From an uncultured Collinsella sp. (GTDB lineage Bacteria; Actinomycetota; Coriobacteriia; Coriobacteriales; Coriobacteriaceae): a stretch of 64,000 bases of DNA. The DNA lies in contig CABUBZ010000002.1 of NCBI GenBank assembly GCA_902489945.1, forward strand, positions 11,666 to 75,665. Direction: 5' to 3'. A program made the translations under genes and the position numbers. A model generated the notes under the pieces. It was not told the origin of the DNA. It was given only the letters and a program-made list of their open reading frames with translations, and searched no databases. Of this stretch, positions 56,236 to 64,000 are shown in pieces (positions within the stretch are counted from its first letter, which is position 1; each line of letters opens with the position of its first letter).

Positions 56236-59118
56236 CTAAATAAACACGTCGACGAGGATGGGCATAAGGTTGAGCAGGCCAAACACCAGCGCCACGCCCC
56301 AGCCGAGCTTAAAGCAGCTACGCCAGGTGCTACGGGCGAAGGTGTTATCGATCAGCACCTCGACAAAATACGTCGCGGCCATCACGATCAGGGCAACCAC
56401 CCAGCTCACCGGGTTGTCCCAGACAAAGAACATGCCCACCCACATCAAAAACAGCACGGTCTCGCACCAGTGCATAAGGGTCATCTTGGCCAGCGTACCG
56501 CCGCTCATCTCGGTGGCGACGCCCTGGACGATCTCCTGATGCGCGTGATGCGAATACGAAAGGTCGAACGGCGACTTGCGCAGTTTAATGGTGAGCACCG
56601 CAAGCAGCGCGAGGAAAATGGGCGCGCTGTACACAATGATGGGGGCTGCCTGCCCCGTCACAGCAATGGAATCGAAGCTGTCGGTAGCGAGATACAGGCC
56701 CACGCTCATCAGCAGAACGGCGGGCTCGTAGCTCATAACCTGCAGCAGCTCGCGGTCGGCGCCGACCTGCGCAAACGGGCTTTGCGTCGAGGCGGACGCC
56801 AGCACCACAAAGATCGCGGCGAGCGTAACCATAAAGGCGCACAGCAGCGTGTTGGAGCCCGACACAAAGATGCCGCCGCCCACCACGGTAAAGATGAGCG
56901 CGCATGCCATATAGGTATCGTCCATGGTGTTTACGCTGGCAGGGGCCTTGTGCAGCAGCTTGGCCACGTCGTAGAACGGCTGCAGCAGGCGCGGGCCCAC
57001 GCGGCCCTGCATGCGGGCCGAAAGCTTACGGTCAAGACCGTCAATCAAGCCGCCCACAAGTGGCGCAATCAGGGCAAACGCCACGGTGCCAATAAAAATG
57101 CCCACGACGCCCGAGCCTTCGAAATACTTGCCGCGCAGCACCGAGGGCGCGCTCATGGCAAGCCGCTCAGGCCCAATCCACGCGCAGCACAGCAGCGCAA
57201 ACAGAATGATGGCGCAGCACACAACGCTGCCTGCGGGGCCGATACGCTTCTCGCCAAGGGCGTCCTCCAGGTACAAGTTGCGCTTTTCGGCCTTTACCTC
57301 GTGGCCCATCGAGCCGCGGAAATGACGGTAGCTCTCGGTCCCAACGCCCGAAAGGTACACGTTTACGTGCGGTTTGTTGCTCACGCGGAACGAAGTCAGC
57401 AGCACCACGGCGATAAACGCCACAATGACCACCATCAGATACATGGCGTCCTTGCCAATGACGTGCGGCACGCGGCCAAACACCATGGCCAGGTAGGGCG
57501 ACACCAGGCCGCTCGAAATAATCGGGAACGCCACGCAGCACAACACCAGCAGTGCGGCGATGGTGTTGAGCGCCGTCCACTCGGTCTTGTGGACATTGAC
57601 CTCAACGTTTTGAGCCGTGGGGTCGACGCCCGAAAGCTTGGCGAGCCACTTGCCCCAGAAGAAGAACGTCGCGGCCGAGCCAAAGGCCAGCACCATGATC
57701 ATGAGCACGTTGCCGGTCTGAGCGAACGCCACCAGGGCGCCCCACTTGGACACGAGCATGCCAAACGGCGCCACGAACATGCCCATAATGCCCAGCATCA
57801 TCAGGCGCGTCAGGTGCGGCATGCGGCTGAACATGCCGTCCATGTCCTCTATGTTGCGGCTGCCGATATGGTGCTCGGCAGTGCCCACACACAGGAACAG
57901 TAGCGACTTGGCGACCGTGTGGAACAGGATCAGGAAGATGGCGGCCCACACGGCCTCGGGCGCGCCGACACCCAAGCAGGCACTGATGAGGCCCAGGTTG
58001 GAAATGGTGGAGTACGCGAGCACGCGTTTGGCGTTGCTCTGCGAGATGGCCATGAGGGCGGCGAGCAAGAACGTGATGGCACCCACACTCGTAACCATAA
58101 AGCCGGTCACGGGATAGATGGCATAGAGCGGACTGAGCTTGACCATCAGGAATACGCCGGCCTTGACCATGGTGGACGAGTGCAGCAGGGCGCTCGTGGG
58201 AGTGGGGGCGACCATGGCACCGAGCAGCCAGGTATGGAACGGCATCTGCGCGGCCTTGGTAAGGGCGGCAAGCGACAGCAGGACAACCGGCATCACCAGC
58301 AGCGCGGACTGCGCGGTGCCGGCACCGGAAAGCTCGATCATGCCCGAGATGGTCAGCGCCATGCCGTTGAAGTGCAGGAACATAAGGCCAGCCAAAAACG
58401 CGATGCCACCCAGCATGTTGAGGATGATCTGGGTAAAGGCGTTTTTGATGGCCTCGGGCGTGCGCGTGTATCCAATCATGAGGAACGAGCACACGGTGGT
58501 GATTTCCCAGCCGCAGAACAGCCACTCCAGGTTGTCGCTCGTCACGATGACGAACATGGCCGAGAGGAACAGGAACATAAGCGCCAGGAACTGCGGGCGA
58601 CGGTCGGGCGCGGTCCGCCCGCGCAGCGCGGCCTCGTGCTCGTCGTGAGCCTGGAAATCCTTCATGTAGCCCAGGGCATACACGCAGATGAGGCTGCCGA
58701 CGATGCCGACGGCAAGCACCATGATCACGCTCATGTAGTCCAGGTAGAGCGGCGTGGCGGTGACGACCTCGGCCGCGGGCAGCGTCATGGCTGCGAAGGC
58801 AACCGAACCCACCAGCTGCACCACGCCAAGCACCGTGGTGAGCGTGCTCTTATATTTACGCGCGTTGTACAGGATGACGGCGCACAGGATCACGTCGATG
58901 GCAGAGCTGATAATCGAAAGCACGTGCGAGGTGCTCGGTACAACCTCGAAGCTCTGCGGGCCCGTGCCAAAAAACATGACAGCGACTACAACCGTCACCG
59001 CCATGATGATGCCGGAGCCTATGAGCCCTACCGCATCGCGGGCGCGGTCACCACGCGCGAACAACATGCCCAGCGCCGGTACCAGCGGAAACAGGGTAAG
59101 GAAATACAGTAGCGTCAT
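56236..59118 (-). CDS. Fused EchA (NuoL/MrpA antiporter-like) + EchB (NuoH-like) membrane subunit
   Basis: WEITT, KAAQMPFHTWLLGAMVAPTPTSALLHSSTMVKAG (NuoL) then DRKLSARMQGRVGP, LLQPFYD, KLRKSPFD (NuoH) in one ORF. Confidence 0.9.
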   Translation of the reverse strand: MTLLYFLTLFPLVPALGMLFARGDRARDAVGLIGSGIIMAVTVVVAVMFFGTGPQSFEVVPSTSHVLSIISSAIDVILCAVILYNARKYKSTLTTVLGVVQLVGSVAFAAMTLPAAEVVTATPLYLDYMSVIMVLAVGIVGSLICVYALGYMKDFQAHDEHEAALRGRTAPDRRPQFLALMFLFLSAMFVIVTSDNLEWLFCGWEITTVCSFLMIGYTRTPEAIKNAFTQIILNMLGGIAFLAGLMFLHFNGMALTISGMIELSGAGTAQSALLVMPVVLLSLAALTKAAQMPFHTWLLGAMVAPTPTSALLHSSTMVKAGVFLMVKLSPLYAIYPVTGFMVTSVGAITFLLAALMAISQSNAKRVLAYSTISNLGLISACLGVGAPEAVWAAIFLILFHTVAKSLLFLCVGTAEHHIGSRNIEDMDGMFSRMPHLTRLMMLGIMGMFVAPFGMLVSKWGALVAFAQTGNVLMIMVLAFGSAATFFFWGKWLAKLSGVDPTAQNVEVNVHKTEWTALNTIAALLVLCCVAFPIISSGLVSPYLAMVFGRVPHVIGKDAMYLMVVIVAFIAVVLLTSFRVSNKPHVNVYLSGVGTESYRHFRGSMGHEVKAEKRNLYLEDALGEKRIGPAGSVVCCAIILFALLCCAWIGPERLAMSAPSVLRGKYFEGSGVVGIFIGTVAFALIAPLVGGLIDGLDRKLSARMQGRVGPRLLQPFYDVAKLLHKAPASVNTMDDTYMACALIFTVVGGGIFVSGSNTLLCAFMVTLAAIFVVLASASTQSPFAQVGADRELLQVMSYEPAVLLMSVGLYLATDSFDSIAVTGQAAPIIVYSAPIFLALLAVLTIKLRKSPFDLSYSHHAHQEIVQGVATEMSGGTLAKMTLMHWCETVLFLMWVGMFFVWDNPVSWVVALIVMAATYFVEVLIDNTFARSTWRSCFKLGWGVALVFGLLNLMPILVDVFI

Positions 59119-59399
59119 ACCATCACTCCCCCATGCAAAAACGCTTAATCAACAAAACGTTATAGCTCAAATTGGGAGGCGCGGTGGTGGGTTTTCGGTC
59201 AACTGGGGAGTTTTGGACGTGCAGGGCAAGGCGTCTGTCCGGATGGGAGTAAGAGGCGGCAGGGATTTATCGCGGCGGAAAAACCGAAGCCCCCGCGTGC
59301 GGATTATTAGCCACGTTGGAGGATGTCCCAAGGGGCTCGCGGGCAAACCGGGACATCAAGGCAAGAAAAATGCGCCGCGCGGGCGCACCATCTCGATCG

Positions 59400-59795
59400 C
59401 TACTCAGCCTTTTTAACACGTGGCTTGCGGCCTCGCGGCTTATCGACCAACGCGGCTGCACCGCCGTCGCGATACTGGCGGCACCAAGCCTTGACCGAGG
59501 ACTCGCTGGGAATCTTGTGCTTAATCATGGCCTCGCGGACCGTGAGGCCATTTTCCAGGCGGTCCTTGACCACGGCAAGCTTGACTTCGTATGAATACGT
59601 GCGGTGATGAGAGCCCGCGTTGAGCACGGCATCGGCACCGCCCACGGCATACGCACGGGCCCACTGACGAGCCGTGGCCTGGGGAATGCCAAGTTTCGCG
59701 GCGAGGGCGCGATGACCGACCCCCTCTTGGAGGACCTCGACGGCGCGCTGCCTAACCTCGGGCGCATGCGTGCGAGTCCTAGTTGCTTCCGACAT
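59400..59795 (-). CDS. Solo tandem-HTH protein resembling IS3/IS150 OrfA
   Basis: Two HTH repeats, YSYEVKLAVV, SVKAWCRQYRDGG, KPRGRKP; no OrfB adjacent. Confidence 0.75.
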   Translation of the reverse strand: MSEATRTRTHAPEVRQRAVEVLQEGVGHRALAAKLGIPQATARQWARAYAVGGADAVLNAGSHHRTYSYEVKLAVVKDRLENGLTVREAMIKHKIPSESSVKAWCRQYRDGGAAALVDKPRGRKPRVKKAE

Positions 59796-60134
59796 ACCTG
59801 CCACTTCTTAGCCTTAACCGTTAATCTGCTTTCTTACGTGCAAGTTAGATAGTAGCATTTTACTGTTTGCTCAAAGCAGTTAATTAAAATAGACGCGGTG
59901 TTATCTGGGCATTTGGCACCAATTTACGACATTTCTTTATCGATTATTTACGCTGGTAGCTGACTCGCAGCTAATCGTCATTCGCTTGTCAACAAAATTG
60001 GCATCTCTTTATGTCCTTTGGCATAGAGGATATAGTTATTAACCCCTCCCTCAATAATTTTGAGTAATCGGCAAGGCAGTAGACGTCCTTACTCCTCATG
60101 ATTACCGCGCATTGCCATCCACCGGAGCAAAACA

Positions 60135-60169
60135 AAAAGGGCGGGGCCTGCTGCGCTTGCAGGCCCCGC
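60135..60169 (-). terminator. Intrinsic terminator after the OYE (bilR-like) gene
   Basis: AAAAGG-GCGGGGCCTGC...GCAGGCCCCGC. Confidence 0.6.
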
Positions 60170-60244
60170 ACCGGTTGACACCCGACGGGACACAGCCGGG
60201 CGAGACGGATCCGTGCTACCGTCCCGCCTGGCCGCGATGTTCAA

Positions 60245-62275
60245 CTACAGCTCGTTGGCCGCGTGATACGCCGTGCGAATGGCGCTCGCAATGTCGGCGG
60301 TGCGCTCGCCCGAGCAGTCGCCCACGCAGGTCACGGGCACCGTCACGCCATCCAGGCCAAACGCGTTGGCCTTGGAGCCCACGGCCATCACCACGTAATC
60401 GCAGGCGATCTTCACCGGCTCCTCGGCGCCGTCCTCGGTGGTACGAACGGCCTCCACGCCCTCGTCGGTAATGGCGGTCAGGCGGGTCTTAACGTGCTGC
60501 TCCACGTTGTGGGCGGCAAAGTCGCTCATAATCAGCGGCAGAATGGTCTCGGACTCGCCTGCGGCAATCTTGTCGAGCATCTCCACGATCGCCACCTCGC
60601 AGCCGTGTTGCAGCAGGTACTCGGCAGTCTCGGTGCCCACCAGGCCACCGCCAATGACGGCGACGCGGCCGCCGAGCTCCACCTTGCCGGCCAGCACGTC
60701 CCAGCTCGAGACGACCTTGTCCGAATCGGCGCCCGGAACGGGGATGACCACGTCATGCGCGCCCACGGCCACAATCGCGGCGTCGGCGGCGTTGAGGTCC
60801 GCGGGGCTAGCGGCATGGTTGAGCTCAACCTTCACGCCCAGGCCGGGCAGAATCTTCTCGTAGTACTCAACCGAGCGCATGATCTCGTCCTTGCGCGGAG
60901 GCGCGGCTGCCAACACAATCTGGCCGCCCAGATGATCGCTCGCCTCATAGACGGTCACGTCGTAGCCGCGCTTGGCCGCCACGCGCGCAGCCTCCAGGCC
61001 GGCAATACCGCCGCCCACCACGGCGATCTTCTTGTCGCCCTCGCCCGGCTTGATGGCGACGGTCGCCTCGTCGCCGTTCTCGGCGTTGAGCACGCACGAG
61101 ATGTACTTGCGGTTTTGAATCGCATCGACGCAGCCCTTGTTGCAGTTGAGGCACTCGCGGATGGGCTCGCCCGTGGCGGCCTTCAGCGCAATGTCGGGGT
61201 CGCACATGAGCGAGCGGCCGTACGCGATGATATCGGCCGAACCGTCTTCCAGAATCTTCTCGCCGGCCTCGACCGAAACCACGCGGCCGACGGTTGCCAC
61301 CGGCACGGAGACCAGGGCCTTGACGCGCTCGGCCACGGGCAGCGTCCAGTTGTAGGGCATGGCGCCCATGGGCGGAATGGTGTCGCCCATGTTGCCGGTA
61401 TGGTTGGCCTGCGCGACCTGGATCATGTCGATGCCCGCGCCCTCGAGCAGCTTGGCGAACTCGCAGGCCTCGTCGGGCTGCAGGCCGCCCTTGCCGCGCG
61501 GCGTGCCGTCGGGGTTCTCCATGATCACGGGCAGTTTGTACTCCACCATCAGCTGCGGCGCGGCCTCCTTAATGGCGGCGACGACCTCGAGCGCATAGCG
61601 AACGCGGTTCTCGAACGAGCCACCGTACTCGTCGGTACGCTTGTTGAGGATGGCCGAGCACAGCGAACCCACCAAGCGATCGCCGTGGACCTCGATGGCG
61701 TCAATGCTGGCCTGCTGCGCGCGAGCGGCCGAGGCAGCGATGGCCTCCTTGATCTGGGTGAGCTGCTCTACGCTCGCCTCGTTCACAAAGTGCTGCATGT
61801 CGTGGTGCAGCTTGGCGTATGCCTGCTTGCGGATCTCGTTGGACTCAGCCATCTTGGCGGCGAAGGTCTCCTCGTCGCCGGCGGCCTTGGCCTCCTGCGC
61901 GGCCTTGGCGGCGGCCATGGAGCCCATGACCATGCGGCCAACACCGGGCACGTCGTACTCGGGGTGGAACAGCTGCAGCGCGACCTTGGCGCCGTGCTTG
62001 TGAACGGCGTCGGCCAGCGCCTTAAACGTGGGGATCTGAGCGTCGGTCGCCAGCTTGGGCGTGGGGCTCGCGGTCATGACGGGGGCAACGTCGCCGATGA
62101 CGATGTAGCTCACGCCGCCACGGGCCAGACGCTCGTAAAAAGCCAGGCTGCGCTCGCCAATGGAGCCGTCGCGCTCCTCGTAGCCGGTGGTCAGCGGCGG
62201 GAACATAATGCGGTTCTTGAGCTCAAGGGGGCCAACCGTAATGGGCTGGAGCAGCTTGGATGCAGGTGCGGTCAT
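60245..62275 (-). CDS. bilR: Old Yellow Enzyme family NADH:flavin oxidoreductase, BilR-like long-form bilirubin reductase
   Basis: LKNRIMFPP, IEVHGDR (HGDR motif), NKRTDEYGGSFENR, CLNCNKGC..C Fe-S, two GxGxxG Rossmann motifs. Confidence 0.8.
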   Translation of the reverse strand: MTAPASKLLQPITVGPLELKNRIMFPPLTTGYEERDGSIGERSLAFYERLARGGVSYIVIGDVAPVMTASPTPKLATDAQIPTFKALADAVHKHGAKVALQLFHPEYDVPGVGRMVMGSMAAAKAAQEAKAAGDEETFAAKMAESNEIRKQAYAKLHHDMQHFVNEASVEQLTQIKEAIAASAARAQQASIDAIEVHGDRLVGSLCSAILNKRTDEYGGSFENRVRYALEVVAAIKEAAPQLMVEYKLPVIMENPDGTPRGKGGLQPDEACEFAKLLEGAGIDMIQVAQANHTGNMGDTIPPMGAMPYNWTLPVAERVKALVSVPVATVGRVVSVEAGEKILEDGSADIIAYGRSLMCDPDIALKAATGEPIRECLNCNKGCVDAIQNRKYISCVLNAENGDEATVAIKPGEGDKKIAVVGGGIAGLEAARVAAKRGYDVTVYEASDHLGGQIVLAAAPPRKDEIMRSVEYYEKILPGLGVKVELNHAASPADLNAADAAIVAVGAHDVVIPVPGADSDKVVSSWDVLAGKVELGGRVAVIGGGLVGTETAEYLLQHGCEVAIVEMLDKIAAGESETILPLIMSDFAAHNVEQHVKTRLTAITDEGVEAVRTTEDGAEEPVKIACDYVVMAVGSKANAFGLDGVTVPVTCVGDCSGERTADIASAIRTAYHAANEL

Positions 62276-62411
62276 GGACATTCCTCTCTTGTAGGCGCGG
62301 CGGCGATGATGCCGCGTAGTTGTCTAGAGGATATGGCATGGGGGTACAGCGGCACAACGAAAATCGGCGGATAGCAGGTAGCGGCAGGTGGATGGGGCGG
62401 GGCGGCCCGTC

Positions 62412-62634
62412 GGTTTGTCTCGATCTGTAACAGTTACTCAGCAAAACCGGGTCTTACTGTTACAGATCGAGACAAACCAAACCCGCCTGCTAGAAAATCT
62501 CAATCTATAACAACAACTCGGCAAAATGAGCCCCAGATGTTACAGGTCGAGACAGACGCGACCCAACCCACCGGTATATCTCAACCTGTAACACCTAGCC
62601 GCCCAAATCGGGTCTAGATGTTACAGATCGAGAT
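62412..62634. repeat. Three tandem palindromic units (TCTCrAyCTrTAACA-N25-TGTTACAGrTCGAGA), period 80-81 bp
   Basis: Units 62412-62478, 62497-62553, 62578-62634; each has exactly 25 nt between TrTAACA and TGTTACA. Confidence 0.85.
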
Positions 62635-62683
62635 TTTGTTTGAGAGGCTGAGAATTGGACCGAAAACACGGTCCCGGAATAAC

Positions 62684-62713
62684 AAAAAAGCTCGCCGGCT
62701 AGGCCGACGAGCT
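62684..62713 (-). terminator. Intrinsic terminator after tRNA
   Basis: AAAAAAGCTCGCCGGC-TAG-GCCGACGAGCT. Confidence 0.75.
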
Positions 62714-62722
62714 GCAAGTTCT

Positions 62723-62799
62723 TGGTCGCGGGGGCAGGATTTGAACCTACGACCTCCGGGTTATGAGCCCGGCGAGCTACCAGACTGCTCCACCCCGCA
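62723..62799 (-). tRNA. tRNA-Met (CAT), initiator type
   Basis: TGCGGGGTGGAGCAGTCTGGTAGCTCGCCGGGCTCATAACCCGGAGGTCGTAGGTTCAAATCCTGCCCCCGCGACCA; three G-C pairs in the anticodon stem; encoded CCA. Confidence 0.97.
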
Positions 62800-62995
62800 A
62801 TGTCTGGGCGCCTCATGTGCGCAAGAAAGAATATTACGTGGGAGTTCGGTAAACGGCAAGGAAAATCTCGTAGAGCATAATTCCTTCATATTTAAACCCC
62901 TCAGCCCCTATCACCGTAAACGAATCGCAGCCGAGCGCCGTCGACGGCACGTATACAATGGTGCGCGTCCTTTTATGCCGACACCGGGGGTAGAC

Positions 62996-63769
62996 ATGCT
63001 GCTCGCTATCGATATGGGAAACACGCAGACGGCCATGGGTCTGTTTGACGGAGACGAGCTGGTGCAGTCGTGGCGCATGCCCACCGACCGCTCCTATACC
63101 GCCGACGAGATCCACGTGCGCCTGATGGGCTTCTTTAAGATGTACGACCTCTCACTCGACGCGGTCGACGCGATCGCCTTTGCCGGCGTGGTGCCGCAGC
63201 TCTCGCGCGAGTGGCACGCCGTGGCCGACCGCATCGCGGCGGACGCCATCGTCATCGGGCCGCAGACGGCCGCCGTGACCAAGCTGCGCGCGGCGCGCCC
63301 CCAGGCCGTAGGTGCCGACCGCGTCGCCAACGCCGTTGCGGCCGAGACTTTCTACGGCGCGCCGGCAATCGTGGTGGACTTTGGCACCGCGACCAATATC
63401 GACGTCATCGATGAGGACGGTTATTACATTGGTGGGGCGATCGCGCCGGGCATCCGCATCTCCATGGACGCGCTTGCCGCCCGTGCCGCCAAGCTCGCCA
63501 GCGTGCCGCTCGAGGCGCCCGAACACGCCATCGGTCGCGACACCGAAGAGTGCATCAAGGTCGGCGCCGTGATGGGCGCCGCCGCCATGGCCGAGGGCTT
63601 GGTCGCGCGCATGAAGCGCGAGCTGGGCCGCGAGGACGCCACCGTTATCGCCACGGGCGGTCTCGCCGGCATCGTCGCCGATTCGACCGATGCCTTCGAC
63701 GTGGTCGACGGACAGCTCACCATCAAGGGTATCTGCGAAATCTACCGCCGCATGCAGGAGCAGGGGTAA
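62996..63769 (+). CDS. coaX: Type III pantothenate kinase
   Basis: LLAIDMGNT, VGADR, VVDFGTAT, GGAIAPG, IATGG. Confidence 0.95.
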   Translation: MLLAIDMGNTQTAMGLFDGDELVQSWRMPTDRSYTADEIHVRLMGFFKMYDLSLDAVDAIAFAGVVPQLSREWHAVADRIAADAIVIGPQTAAVTKLRAARPQAVGADRVANAVAAETFYGAPAIVVDFGTATNIDVIDEDGYYIGGAIAPGIRISMDALAARAAKLASVPLEAPEHAIGRDTEECIKVGAVMGAAAMAEGLVARMKRELGREDATVIATGGLAGIVADSTDAFDVVDGQLTIKGICEIYRRMQEQG

Positions 63770-63815
63770 GGCGGGGTTTAAGTCGAGCGCGAGCGGCGAA
63801 CTAGGCAACGCATCG

Positions 63816-63862
63816 GTCCTATTCCTCAAAATCGAAATTTTTTCGTTTTTGAGGAATAGGAC
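63816..63862. terminator. Hairpin between convergent genes
   Basis: GTCCTATTCCTCAAAA...TTTTGAGGAATAGGAC. Confidence 0.6.
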
Positions 63863-63868
63863 TTTCTG

Positions 63869-64000
63869 CTAGGCCTCGCCGCACAGCCACCTCGCCAGGT
63901 CCACAATCTGCACCCCATTGCGGTCCGTGGCCTCGTGATGCGTGCGGGCGAGAATCATCTTGGGGTACGCGTCGCCAATGCTCAGCAGTGGTGAAATCTC
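63869..64000 (-). CDS. C-terminus of an AAA-family ATP-binding protein (DUF4143-associated type), partial
   Basis: Hand translation EISPLLSIGDAYPKMILARTHHEATDRNGVQIVDLARWLCGEA*, resembling the C-terminal I.D.YPK motif of these proteins. Confidence 0.55.
   Translation of the reverse strand, partial: EISPLLSIGDAYPKMILARTHHEATDRNGVQIVDLARWLCGEA

Noticed and set aside
53426..59118. NADH dehydrogenase (complex I) operon
   Set aside because: The large subunit has both NiFe-binding CxxC motifs and the gene order matches echA-F.
59400..59804. Intact IS3-family insertion sequence
   Set aside because: No OrfB/DDE domain, frameshift window or terminal inverted repeats were seen.
62412..62634. Possible CRISPR mini-array
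   Set aside because: Repeats alternate in orientation, spacers are mutually similar, and there are no cas genes in the window.
62723..62799. tRNA-anchored genomic island or prophage
   Set aside because: No integrase and no duplicated tRNA 3' end were noticed in the window.

Overview
High-GC chromosomal window from an anaerobic gut actinobacterium. Gene content and style suggest class Coriobacteriia, probably Collinsella (inference, not a database result). From left to right it contains: (1) a sugar-catabolic region with a mannose-family PTS (IIABCD), two class I phosphomannose-isomerase-like cupins, DeoC, an RmlD-like SDR, a HAD phosphatase, Fsa aldolase, a PflD-type glycyl radical enzyme with its activase, and a DeoR regulator; (2) luxS; (3) a LacI-linked cluster of fucose-isomerase-family isomerase, split transketolase and FGGY kinase (apiose-like), followed by a nucleoside hydrolase and ribokinase; (4) envelope and metal genes (OatA, an NRMT-type Nramp plus an MgtE-like protein behind a candidate leader peptide, an apparently inactive CE4 deacetylase, CorC, HlyIII); (5) two ABC exporter modules and a two-component system; (6) a 2101-aa VWA/CnaB-repeat LPXTG adhesin flanked by modular palindromic elements; (7) an Ech-type group 4 [NiFe]-hydrogenase operon with EchA and EchB fused; (8) a solo IS3-OrfA-like HTH gene, an HGDR-motif Old Yellow Enzyme (BilR-like bilirubin reductase), a three-unit palindrome array, initiator tRNA-Met and coaX. 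No CRISPR array, integrase or intact transposase was seen. The least explained signals are the intergenic palindromic element families, which show fixed lengths, compensatory arm changes and a shared CTACCTGC-centred motif, and the extra enzymes around the PflD locus.
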